DNA of 64,000 nucleotides from the IMG/VR virus record IMGVR_UViG_3300044717_000012; one strand, written 5' to 3'. Every line of letters begins with the position of its first letter. Within the stretch, counting starts at the first letter, position 1. The translations under genes were made by a program, and so were the position numbers. The stretch is from an uncultured virus (IMG/VR IMGVR_UViG_3300044717_000012). Lineage: Duplodnaviria > Heunggongvirae > Uroviricota > Caudoviricetes. The notes under the pieces were generated by a model. That model had not been told where the DNA came from and did not search any database. It saw nothing but the letters and a program-made list of their open reading frames with translations. Positions 55,392 through 63,815 of this stretch are shown in pieces.

Positions 55392-55672
55392 AGTACTTTC
55401 CTTACCCGCTCGATGACTTCATCACGCCATTGGTCACGAGTAATCTCGGCCTGTTCCTCTGCGCACAAACCGCAAACGATCCGACCTTTGAGCAATCGGC
55501 CATCACGACGTGCGTGTGCCCACCGATGGAATAGGGGACTGGTCACGATTATGAGGTGTATGTATGTGATACAGACGCCGATAAGTACATCAGCGTAGAA
55601 TGCATAATCATCAGGCATTGTTATCCATTCCTCCTGATTCTGATTGCACCCGGGGTAGGGCCTCGCGGACAT
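55388..55672 (-). CDS. Small membrane protein
   Basis: One TM; start uncertain. Confidence 0.5.
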   Translation of the reverse strand: MSARPYPGCNQNQEEWITMPDDYAFYADVLIGVCITYIHLIIVTSPLFHRWAHARRDGRLLKGRIVCGLCAEEQAEITRDQWRDEVIERVRKVL

Positions 55673-56139
55673 CCTTTCACCACAACAGTGCCGGCATCCT
55701 TACCGCCACCTTGCAGGACGTAAAGCACCGCAAGGATGGCCAGCAATGCCAATACGCAGTCACCAATGATGACAGCGCTATGGGCCTCGACATAGTGCAG
55801 CCCATCCATCAGCGTCTGTATTGCGGTCTGTATCCACTGAATAAACGTCACAAGCGTTGCGATTCCCAAACCAGTCACGACCACAGTACCGACAATAATT
55901 ACCGCCTCGCCATCAACAACGGCATCTTTGATTCGCGCCGGCATCGAGGTGGTGTGGACTATTTCCAACTCTGCCGCGGGCGGTGCGAGCTCCCTAGAGA
56001 TTTCCCTTGTGGGCTGGCTAATGAGGGCCGGCGGATGGGTCAATGGAGCCGCTGCATCGAGAATACGGCCATCAGTATCAATGATGATTGGGTCGGCTGT
56101 AGTAGGTGGTCGCTCTCTGCGCTTATCCTGATCGCTCAT
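55621..56139 (-). CDS. Two-TM membrane protein
   Basis: Two hydrophobic segments. Confidence 0.6.
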   Translation of the reverse strand: MSDQDKRRERPPTTADPIIIDTDGRILDAAAPLTHPPALISQPTREISRELAPPAAELEIVHTTSMPARIKDAVVDGEAVIIVGTVVVTGLGIATLVTFIQWIQTAIQTLMDGLHYVEAHSAVIIGDCVLALLAILAVLYVLQGGGKDAGTVVVKGCPRGPTPGAIRIRRNG

Positions 56140-56153
56140 TTCCCTATCAATCC

Positions 56154-56618
56154 TTACGTGTTGTTTGTGACTGGGCTGTCATCGGATGAATTGTCGCCAT
56201 CGTGCGGGCCAGTTAGATTGTCGAGCCAGCTCCCTTTTGTTGTGTATTGGCTGCCGTCAGGATGTGAGTCGTAATCACCTTTGTCTTTCGCGCAGTAGTC
56301 GCTGGTGGTTTCATCATGCGGGCCGGTGATCCTATCGAGTTGTAATGTCCAGCATCCGAATGATGGGTTATACCCGCGGTGTGCTTTCACCGTCCATGTC
56401 TTTACTTCACCGGGATTGCTGTGCAATTCGGGTGGCAATGACCCTTGTGCGTCTCCCTCCTGCATTGTATTACTTGGCGAGTGCGTGTTTGATTGGTATC
56501 CGGCGCCGCCATCGGGGAGGAAATGAATTACTGCTAGGATAATGAGGATGCCTCCAATGACGCTGCGCACCGTGCGTGGTGATTGTTGCTGTCCACTGAA
56601 TCGCGGTCCCCCGGACAT
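56154..56618 (-). CDS. Membrane-anchored/secreted protein
   Basis: SD GGAGGGAG, one N-terminal TM. Confidence 0.6.
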   Translation of the reverse strand: MSGGPRFSGQQQSPRTVRSVIGGILIILAVIHFLPDGGAGYQSNTHSPSNTMQEGDAQGSLPPELHSNPGEVKTWTVKAHRGYNPSFGCWTLQLDRITGPHDETTSDYCAKDKGDYDSHPDGSQYTTKGSWLDNLTGPHDGDNSSDDSPVTNNT

Positions 56619-56866
56619 TACTCCCTCCATTCTTTCGGCTCTTTCGGGCCAAACATGATGTACCTGAACCACAAACCACCAAAGACAAAAACTAGAATGC
56701 TGCAAATCATGGCTGCCGTCATCGCAATGGGCCGGTGTGTCAGGTTATGGGTAATGCACTGCATACAACCCACAATGATGCCAAGGCTAATGGCAGTAAC
56801 CCAGAAAGCACCATTGCTAATCTTTGTCACGTTTCGACCTCCCCGGGTAGTAGAGCCCGTAAACAA
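56618..56866 (-). CDS. Two-TM small protein
   Basis: Hydrophobic hairpin. Confidence 0.55.
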   Translation of the reverse strand: MFTGSTTRGGRNVTKISNGAFWVTAISLGIIVGCMQCITHNLTHRPIAMTAAMICSILVFVFGGLWFRYIMFGPKEPKEWRE

Positions 56867-57125
56867 ACATCAAGATACTGACAGATACCACTGCCCCGAC
56901 TACAAATCCGCATAGGGCTGCAACCCATATCAGTGACTCAACCATGGCGGGTGTACCTTTTGTTGCCCCGCGATGTGCGGATGTCATCTCGGGCTGCGAC
57001 CAAACCGCGGCGCAGTGTCCGAGTCATACCGCGCACATTACGCAAATCCACATCCACATCCTCGATTTCATCCCACCATGCGGCAGTAAGATTGGCCCCA
57101 CTCCGCGTAGTGACCTTTCGTGTAT

Positions 57126-57527
57126 TCATCGCTGCGACTCCTCACATATCTCTGCGTCTTGTGCCACCACGAGCTCTATAGCCTCGCGCACAGTCAAGAG
57201 CTTAGGACCGAAACCGAATATGTAATCTGACTCCGCGACTAGAGCTTCAGCTTTGTCTAAAAGGGCTTTTATCTCAGCTTCCTGATCGAAGTAGTATTGA
57301 TCGGGGTAGGACAGATGATGTGGGTACTCATTTGTGCAGTAGGTTAGGCCGGTAGGATCAACGCGTAGATTAGATTTTCCATCCCATAGCCGCCACGACT
57401 CAGCGAGCCAGGCATTGACTCGGGTGGTGTCTCCGTACTCCATTGCTTCCCTTGCGCGATGGCGCGCATAGCCGGCTGCAGTCGTGTCATACATATCGGT
57501 CAGCTTTCTCCCTCGGTTGTGTGCCAC
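57126..57527 (-). CDS. Hypothetical protein
   Basis: Operon position; start uncertain. Confidence 0.55.
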   Translation of the reverse strand: MAHNRGRKLTDMYDTTAAGYARHRAREAMEYGDTTRVNAWLAESWRLWDGKSNLRVDPTGLTYCTNEYPHHLSYPDQYYFDQEAEIKALLDKAEALVAESDYIFGFGPKLLTVREAIELVVAQDAEICEESQR

Positions 57528-57742
57528 ACAATGACATCATCAGTAATCTTGACGCAATGCCGAGCCCAACGGTTAATCAGTGCTTCCTCCTCTGTTAGTG
57601 GGATGTCATGGGCGATGACATCCAAATCATCCGGCAATGTGACTTCGTCTGGTGCTAGCTCATCCTCTTTGATAGCAGCTGTGATGTAATCCTCGACCTC
57701 GACCTCATATGTGATGGTGTGAGTAATCTGCATGCGAGTCAT
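57500..57742 (-). CDS. Acidic hypothetical protein
   Basis: ATGA-coupled start at 57742. Confidence 0.55.
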   Translation of the reverse strand: MTRMQITHTITYEVEVEDYITAAIKEDELAPDEVTLPDDLDVIAHDIPLTEEEALINRWARHCVKITDDVIVWHTTEGES

Positions 57743-57897
57743 AGCCGGTGACCCATACGGAAACCGAAAGGACCGGGGAATGAGATGTAACAACGGTGCG
57801 CGAATGATCGGTGATTCCGACTGCGGGCGAATCGGTGTCCGGCAAACGCAAAGTGGATGATGGCGTAGATGATGCAGAGGACAATGATTGTGTGCAT
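57739..57897 (-). CDS. Small membrane protein
   Basis: SD GGGAG; N-terminal TM then S.PGPFG. Confidence 0.55.
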   Translation of the reverse strand: MHTIIVLCIIYAIIHFAFAGHRFARSRNHRSFAHRCYISFPGPFGFRMGHRL

Positions 57898-57902
57898 GGT
57901 AG

Positions 57903-59084
57903 TTATCTCCCTTGTACTGAGTGCCATAGCTTCTGCAGGAGGTGAGGTCGTTTTTCCTCTCGCACGTTTCGCGGGTTGATGTCAATGAGAGTGGTTAGGT
58001 CGAATTTCCAAGTTGCACCGACCGTATCGAGTATTAGACAATTGGTTTTTGCCTTTCCGGTAGTGGGATCAATCCACGGTTGTTGTGTTGCCGGATCAAT
58101 GCAAGGTCGTAAACCCCTCCCAATCATCTGGGTGAATAGTCCTGCTGATTGTGTGGAACGTGCGAGGAGAATGCAACTTACCTGTGGGCAATCAAATCCC
58201 TCGGTAGCTACATTGACGTTAACCATTACTCTGATCTCGCCGCCGGCCAGTTGCTTGTAGATGAGTTTGCGATCCTCGTAAGGTGTCGCCCCGATGACTA
58301 AAGCAACTGGAACGTGGAGGCTCTCAAATGCGGCAGTGAGGTAATGAGCTTCCTCAATACTCTGCGCGTAAGCAATCGTGATCCGATTCTGTGCCTTGCG
58401 CACCCATCCCTCTGCAACCCGTTGGGCATCGCGCTGGAGTAGTTCCTCTGCGGAAAGAGAGCGGAAGCTGAATCGATCCCAGAATCGATTGAGACTAATG
58501 TGTCTTACAACGGGCTGCACCAATAACTTCTGGCGGAATGCCCAGTCATAGGAGATCACATCAGCAACCGACTGGAACAGACCATCGAAAGATTGTCCGT
58601 CAGTGCGGCTGAGAGTGGCGGTGACGCCGAGCAGTCTGGTGCGCCGGCCGTCAAAGCAGCCAGCCCATTGCGCGATATCCAGATACGAGTCAGTCATGCT
58701 GTGCTGGCACTCATCAATGATGACCAGCGTGGGCTGCCAGTTGAGCGCGGCTCGACGTTTCGGCCGGCACAATGTCTGGACGGAGGCCACCACGATTGAT
58801 TGGTCGGTGTCGCTGCGGTTTCCCTGGATCCGTCCGACTGGCAGTGGTGAGTAGTGGCTGATGCGCGTGATTATTTGATCCAGTAGTTCTACCCGGTGGG
58901 CGAGAAACAGCACGCGTCCACCATTGTCCACCTCATCCACGCATAGCTTTGCGGTCGTGTCGTTTTTGCCGGCACCCGTGGGATGAACAATGGCGGTCCG
59001 AACAATCCCGCCGGCCCACTCGGTTTGGATGTGGGTGATGGCATTCTGTTGGTATGATCGCAGCTGGCGAGTGCTGGCGGTCAT
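57903..59084 (-). CDS. SF2 helicase (ResIII/Irc3-like), copy 2, variant motifs
   Basis: LRSYQ, TGAGKN, DECQ, TAT, TEGFD.P, QMIGRGLR; colinear with 24693-25925. Confidence 0.88.
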   Translation of the reverse strand: MTASTRQLRSYQQNAITHIQTEWAGGIVRTAIVHPTGAGKNDTTAKLCVDEVDNGGRVLFLAHRVELLDQIITRISHYSPLPVGRIQGNRSDTDQSIVVASVQTLCRPKRRAALNWQPTLVIIDECQHSMTDSYLDIAQWAGCFDGRRTRLLGVTATLSRTDGQSFDGLFQSVADVISYDWAFRQKLLVQPVVRHISLNRFWDRFSFRSLSAEELLQRDAQRVAEGWVRKAQNRITIAYAQSIEEAHYLTAAFESLHVPVALVIGATPYEDRKLIYKQLAGGEIRVMVNVNVATEGFDCPQVSCILLARSTQSAGLFTQMIGRGLRPCIDPATQQPWIDPTTGKAKTNCLILDTVGATWKFDLTTLIDINPRNVREEKRPHLLQKLWHSVQGR

Positions 59085-59090
59085 GACAGA

Positions 59091-59327
59091 TCAGCTCTCC
59101 TCTGAGATGGCAATCGAGGTGGAATCGATCCATACCCGGCCGGTGCCCGCCATCGGCTCAACCTCATAGCGGAGGGTGCCATAGCTGACCTTGGCATCTA
59201 CGATCCGCACGAACACGGAGCACTCACCGCGAAAGAGCACGGCGCCGATTTTGTTGATGTTTTTGGTCATCTCAGCGGCGGTCATTGTCTCGGATCCTTC
59301 CCAAGCTGGCTGGTCATTGCCTGACAT
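59091..59327 (-). CDS. Hypothetical protein
   Basis: V.I.DAK.SYG..RY.V.P..G.G..W; behind promoter. Confidence 0.7.
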   Translation of the reverse strand: MSGNDQPAWEGSETMTAAEMTKNINKIGAVLFRGECSVFVRIVDAKVSYGTLRYEVEPMAGTGRVWIDSTSIAISEES

Positions 59328-59332
59328 GGATA

Positions 59333-59361
59333 ACGATAGCGGTTCGTGTACACCACGTCAA
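59333..59361 (-). promoter_or_regulatory. Sigma70 promoter TTGACG-17-TATCGT with GTGTACAC in spacer
   Basis: 5 nt before ATG 59327. Confidence 0.7.
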
Positions 59362-59385
59362 GACTACTTGCGAGGTGATTATCGG

Positions 59386-59649
59386 TCAGGTAGTCTTGGT
59401 TGTCTTGCGAGCTCGCGGGGCAGCGGTCGCGGTGCGGCGAGCTGGCTTGCGGACTGGCTGGTAACCGAGCAGATACCACATCGCGCAGATCAGCTGCAGG
59501 ATCATCGCGAGCAACGTCATGTACCAATTCTGAGTCCACACAGAGAACGGGACTGCGATGCTGGCAACCATGTTGGCCTCGAACCACATTTGGGGCATCG
59601 CGCGCCGCGTGGTGATCGATTTGTGGGCGGCTTTGATGATCTTGTGCAT
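59386..59649 (-). CDS. Two-TM membrane protein
   Basis: SD GGGAG; basic tail. Confidence 0.6.
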   Translation of the reverse strand: MHKIIKAAHKSITTRRAMPQMWFEANMVASIAVPFSVWTQNWYMTLLAMILQLICAMWYLLGYQPVRKPARRTATAAPRARKTTKTT

Positions 59650-59752
59650 GTCTGTCGCTCCCGCTCGAACCGCTGGCGGCTACCGCATAGACGTTGGCGG
59701 TGATCTGACCCCCCTTACCTGCCAGGGGCACTACACCCTTCCAACACCTCAA

Positions 59753-59782
59753 ACGATACCCTTGCCAACCACACCATGTCAA
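59753..59782 (-). promoter_or_regulatory. Sigma70 promoter TTGACATGGT...TATCGT (18 spacer)
   Basis: Same family as 27362, 28301, 63781. Confidence 0.65.
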
Positions 59783-59801
59783 GGGGTATGATGAGGTAAT
59801 G

Positions 59802-60149
59802 TCAGACATCATCGCCTCGCATGTTCTCAGGCAGGTTGCGCAGCGCGCGAGCTCCACCCAAGATCGAGATCAGCCGGGCCTCCCAGCGCATCTTCTTGCC
59901 CGTGCCTCCGCAGCTGCCGATGCCGAGCAGAGCGCCGGGGCAGAACTCGCCGAAGTGTTCACCCTTCCCATCCCAGCTACGTCCCTTGTCACAGTGCTTG
60001 CAGGGCACAATCGGGCGCCGGGTTACATCCACCCACCACACCACCACGGCGGCCGGCACAAGCAGTACGACGTGTGCCACGAACGCCATTGGCCAGGTCA
60101 GGGACAGCGCCGCAATGATCACCATCGCAAACATCATCAAGATTGCCAT
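59802..60149 (-). CDS. Membrane protein with DnaJ-like CxxC.G..C.GTG zinc motif
   Basis: Two TMs then RP..PCKHC.KG...C...CGGTGK.MR; type often next to FtsK in actinomycete elements. Confidence 0.7.
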   Translation of the reverse strand: MAILMMFAMVIIAALSLTWPMAFVAHVVLLVPAAVVVWWVDVTRRPIVPCKHCDKGRSWDGKGEHFGEFCPGALLGIGSCGGTGKKMRWEARLISILGGARALRNLPENMRGDDV

Positions 60150-60202
60150 GCTCGGTCACCTCACCCCTTGCGGGTCCGCTGTCTGCAAGGGCCAGTGTGC
60201 CC

Positions 60203-60323
60203 CACTACAAAGATCAACTGTGTAGCGCCCCAGGCCACTACAATCATGATCAAATGCTACAGGGGTGCTACACATGATCAAGCTCTGACCTGCGATGTAG
60301 CATCTGCCCACTACGCTGTAGTG
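60203..60323. repeat. CTACA/TGTAG repeat cluster downstream of FtsK-like gene
   Basis: Eight copies in both orientations (60203, 60221, 60236, 60256, 60267, 60296, 60309, 60317) plus ATGATCAA twice. Confidence 0.65.
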
Positions 60324-60328
60324 CCCCC

Positions 60329-62368
60329 TCATGGCGAGCTCTCCCGTGCTTTGATAGCCGCGGCGACATCCTCGCGGTGATAGCACTGCAGCGGTTTCTT
60401 ATTGACCTGACAGCGACCGCTGCGAGCGCTAATAACAGCACCTTTGCTGTTACCCGGTACTTCTCTACGCAGTGCGTCAGCTAGTGAGCCTTGCGTCCAC
60501 TTATCCCCTTGCTCATTGGCGTATTTCACTACCAACGCGCTGGATAGGATATTGGCGCCGTAATGGCGTAATGCCATTTCAACCGCAGTAAGAGCCGGCG
60601 GCAATTCCTCAGCATCTATGTATGCTGCCGGTGCGGTATGAGACTCGATCGGAAGCATAGGCCGATTACCTTGCTGCGCCCATTCGGTTTCCCGGCGCAT
60701 TGCCCGCGCCTTGACCTTAAACGGCCAGTAGCTGCGCACGTAGTCGGAACCGAAACCGGGGCCATCAACAATTGCCATGCCTGCGTCATTGATATTGTGC
60801 TCATCTGCCGGCTGCAGTAGGTGTGGTGCATAACCCTGATCACGCTTATCTTTGCCGAGCAAATCTACGGTATCCCGTTCTGTACACGGACCGATAATCT
60901 TGACGTTGGCCTGCTTGTAGATAACCGATGATCCCCAGTCCTCGTTACCGGATGCCTGGCAGGCTAGCACCAGCGACACCCCCAACCCGGATCCTGTACG
61001 CATGATGGTTTCAACCATATCTAGCAGATTTGGCTTGCCGTCTTGGTGGACTTTGGTTCCGTCATACTTTGCGATCCACGGGAATTCATCGAGGACGCAT
61101 ACGATAGCCGGCCCCAGTGTGGGATTCCATTTGTCAACATCATTGCTTGGATCATCATCTGAGTTGATATCTTTGAGCATCTGATCACGCTGCTGAATCT
61201 GCCCGATCAACCATTCCAGCAACTCAGTCAGTTGGTTTACATTCTCGGCTTTTTTATAAATCACCGAACGCCAGGCATCAAAAATCGAAGATTTGATCAA
61301 TGCCCCTGCGCAGGTAACCACATCACTGGTAGCCGACAATCTGTCAATGACAGTAGACAGAGTTACTGACTTACCGCCACGAGTGCGGCTGACTAACAGA
61401 ACATTGCGCATTACCAGCACGAGCTCATAAGGGCAGCTGGGATCGATAGACAGCCCCAGATCGAGCGGATCCCAACCAGACACCGTGCCTGCCGGGATCC
61501 ACGGAGCTTCTGGCACATTCGCCAGCGGGTTGCCCGTAGAGACCACCAGTGTTTGCAGCGCTGCGTTTTCGGGATTGACCACTACCCTGATGGCGCGGTC
61601 GGGTGCGTAGATGCGTTTTTCCAGAGCGCGCAACAGCTCAGGCTTGATCGCTATTGCGGTGACAAGATCGATGTAGTAGGCGTGACGCTGCGGAGCAAAC
61701 CGCACCGTGGCTACGGTGATCGCGTTGTCTAGCCCTTCCTCCTCTAGGAAGATCTTTACCTCGCGCTTGACTGTGGAGGTGGGCATGCCATTTTTCAGCG
61801 GTACCGGGGTGTGCGGAGGTGCCTCAGATTTGGGTCGCCCGTGACGGCCGATCGCATCGAGCACCGCGCCCAGCCCGATGCCGGCCAGCTCTCCGTAGGA
61901 CGGGTAGTAGATCCCCAACCACAAGCCGAGAATGGACACCGCCCCCAGGGCTGCCCAGAGCACGGCACCACGCCGGGACCGCACATTGACGTGACGTTCA
62001 GCACCCCGGTAGGCGTGCGTGGTCCCTACGGCCACCGCGGCGGCTCTTTCGTGGTTGATCGCAATCGACCACGCGTAAAGCCCATCGATGACCCGCAGCC
62101 CGCCGGACCACACGTAGCGAATCTCGCCCAGCGCACCGAAAATCCCCCGGCCAGCCCAGTAGATGATCGCCTTAGGGATCCTGTACCAGGGATCCACTGC
62201 ATATTGGATGCTCGCCCAGAGCCGGTGCTTGTCGAGGATCAGCGTGTGTTCCTCAGCCTTGCGCAACCACCCAGGGATGTAGGGCTCCGCGGCGCCGGAC
62301 TGCCGCGGCGCGTGCATCGGCACGAGCTCACGGGATGACTCGGATGAGTGATCATTGCGGAGCGTCAT
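60329..62368 (-). CDS. FtsK/SpoIIIE-family (TraB-like) DNA translocase
   Basis: N-terminal TMs; Walker A variant SRTRGGKS, VLDE, R.G..LGV.L..A.Q; C-terminal small domain. Confidence 0.8.
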   Translation of the reverse strand: MTLRNDHSSESSRELVPMHAPRQSGAAEPYIPGWLRKAEEHTLILDKHRLWASIQYAVDPWYRIPKAIIYWAGRGIFGALGEIRYVWSGGLRVIDGLYAWSIAINHERAAAVAVGTTHAYRGAERHVNVRSRRGAVLWAALGAVSILGLWLGIYYPSYGELAGIGLGAVLDAIGRHGRPKSEAPPHTPVPLKNGMPTSTVKREVKIFLEEEGLDNAITVATVRFAPQRHAYYIDLVTAIAIKPELLRALEKRIYAPDRAIRVVVNPENAALQTLVVSTGNPLANVPEAPWIPAGTVSGWDPLDLGLSIDPSCPYELVLVMRNVLLVSRTRGGKSVTLSTVIDRLSATSDVVTCAGALIKSSIFDAWRSVIYKKAENVNQLTELLEWLIGQIQQRDQMLKDINSDDDPSNDVDKWNPTLGPAIVCVLDEFPWIAKYDGTKVHQDGKPNLLDMVETIMRTGSGLGVSLVLACQASGNEDWGSSVIYKQANVKIIGPCTERDTVDLLGKDKRDQGYAPHLLQPADEHNINDAGMAIVDGPGFGSDYVRSYWPFKVKARAMRRETEWAQQGNRPMLPIESHTAPAAYIDAEELPPALTAVEMALRHYGANILSSALVVKYANEQGDKWTQGSLADALRREVPGNSKGAVISARSGRCQVNKKPLQCYHREDVAAAIKARESSP

Positions 62369-62464
62369 GGCATATCCGGTTGGGTCGGGGGCACGTGTCT
62401 CGGTAGTCTATAGCCATGATTCACACCTGTGAATCCAGACCGTAAATCACGAGCGGAGACCGAC

Positions 62465-62899
62465 ATGCCCCCAACGCCACGGCGACCGGCCAGCCCGGTG
62501 CCCTACCGATCCACCACGCCGGCTGTTGAGCCACCTGCGCCGGCACCTGCCAATGACGACACCGCGCCGGCTAACACCATCGAGGCTGACCAGATATACG
62601 CAGAGGGCATCACCGCGGCAGACGCGCTGGCCACCGTGCTGGGTGACCGGGTGACCGGCGTGCATCAAACCGACTGCAAGGCAGCTATGGCGGTTATCGA
62701 TGAGTGGCTGGCCAACATTCCGCTCTGGCGGTCGCTGATCTTGCACCTGATGTTCAATGACTACGCGCACCGGGGAGATCAACCAGAGAGCGACCGGTGG
62801 ATGTGGGTAGCCCATCAGCTGCGCAAACCCAAGGCCACCGTGCACAAGTACGCGCACGCAGTGGAGTCCTGCAGTGCCATCGGCAGCGAGGGCCAGTAA
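62465..62899 (+). CDS. Hypothetical protein with possible C-terminal HTH
   Basis: SD GGAG; WVAHQL.KPKATVHKYA; divergent from FtsK-like gene. Confidence 0.55.
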   Translation: MPPTPRRPASPVPYRSTTPAVEPPAPAPANDDTAPANTIEADQIYAEGITAADALATVLGDRVTGVHQTDCKAAMAVIDEWLANIPLWRSLILHLMFNDYAHRGDQPESDRWMWVAHQLRKPKATVHKYAHAVESCSAIGSEGQ

Positions 62900-63074
62900 T
62901 AGGGGCAGGCCTCGCGCTCACTGTGGGGGGAAGTGCGAGGCCTGCCAGGCAGACGGTACCAACCCAATACCGTGCGCCGGTCTGCCGGGGACAGCGGAGA
63001 TGTCAGGCAACGTATCCACGCGGGCAGACGCAGCTGAGTCTAGTCAGCCCAGCGCAGCCGTGTACACAAGCAAT

Positions 63075-63104
63075 TTGACAAACAACCATCAGCGGGTCCA
63101 TAGT
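63075..63104 (+). promoter_or_regulatory. Sigma70 promoter for lsr2
   Basis: TTGACA-18-CATAGT, GTGTACAC just upstream. Confidence 0.6.
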
Positions 63105-63173
63105 CGCGGGCGCACGCCGCGCACAAACATCCCGCGGTGAAAACAGACCATCCGATAGCAGGAGGAACCATCT

Positions 63174-63692
63174 ATGGGTACCAAGACTGTACGATTTGAT
63201 GACCTCGATCAGACTGAGCACTCTGATACCGCACCCGTGACCACGCACAGCATCGAGTTGGACGGCACCACGTATGAGATCGATCTGACGGACACCAACT
63301 TTGGTGGCCTGAGCACCGCGCTGGCGCCGTATGTGCAAGCTGCCCGTAAGCCCACCGCCAGTGCCCCGGCCCGCAGCGTTGGGCGACCCAGGACGGTGAC
63401 GGCCGGTGGTGCCGCGCCAGTTCGTGCGGTTACCCGGGCAGACCGTGAGCAGAATGCGGCAATCCGGGCTTGGGCCACTAACCACGGTTACCCCGTGAGC
63501 GACCGCGGACGCATTCCGTTGGGTGTGCTCGATGCGTACAACCTTGGTGGTGACGCTGGAGTACAGGCACTGCAGGCACTGCTCACAGCACCCCCGGTGC
63601 AAGAGGCGCAGGCCCCCGATACCAACGGGCAGGCCACCGCGCCTAAAGCCACCTCTACCAAGGCCACCATTCCTGAGCCAGCAGGCGTGTGA
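63174..63692 (+). CDS. lsr2: Lsr2 nucleoid-associated protein
   Basis: DDLD...LDG..YEIDL...N...L..Y...AR; AIRAWA..G..VSDRGRIP; SD AGGAGG. Confidence 0.93.
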   Translation: MGTKTVRFDDLDQTEHSDTAPVTTHSIELDGTTYEIDLTDTNFGGLSTALAPYVQAARKPTASAPARSVGRPRTVTAGGAAPVRAVTRADREQNAAIRAWATNHGYPVSDRGRIPLGVLDAYNLGGDAGVQALQALLTAPPVQEAQAPDTNGQATAPKATSTKATIPEPAGV

Positions 63693-63714
63693 CGTGGTCT
63701 GAGTGTGTGGCAGG

Positions 63715-63759
63715 AAGATCCGGCTGCAGGGTGCTCGATGCCCGGGCCGGATTTTCTTT
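63715..63759 (+). terminator. Intrinsic terminator after lsr2
   Basis: AAGATCCGGC...GCCGGATTTT stem then TTTTCTTT. Confidence 0.6.
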
Positions 63760-63780
63760 GCCCTCACCTCACAAGATGTC

Positions 63781-63815
63781 TTGACATGGTACGGGCTGGC
63801 CGGTAGTTTTGTCTC
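63781..63815 (+). promoter_or_regulatory. Leaderless sigma70 promoter (TTGACATGGT family)
   Basis: TTGACA-17-TAGTTT-6-ATG. Confidence 0.7.

Noticed and set aside
59787..60380. Plus-strand 193-aa ORF with TATGAT-6-ATG
   Set aside because: Fully antisense to a recognisable gene and the repeat cluster, with shadow-like composition; an antisense transcript cannot be excluded
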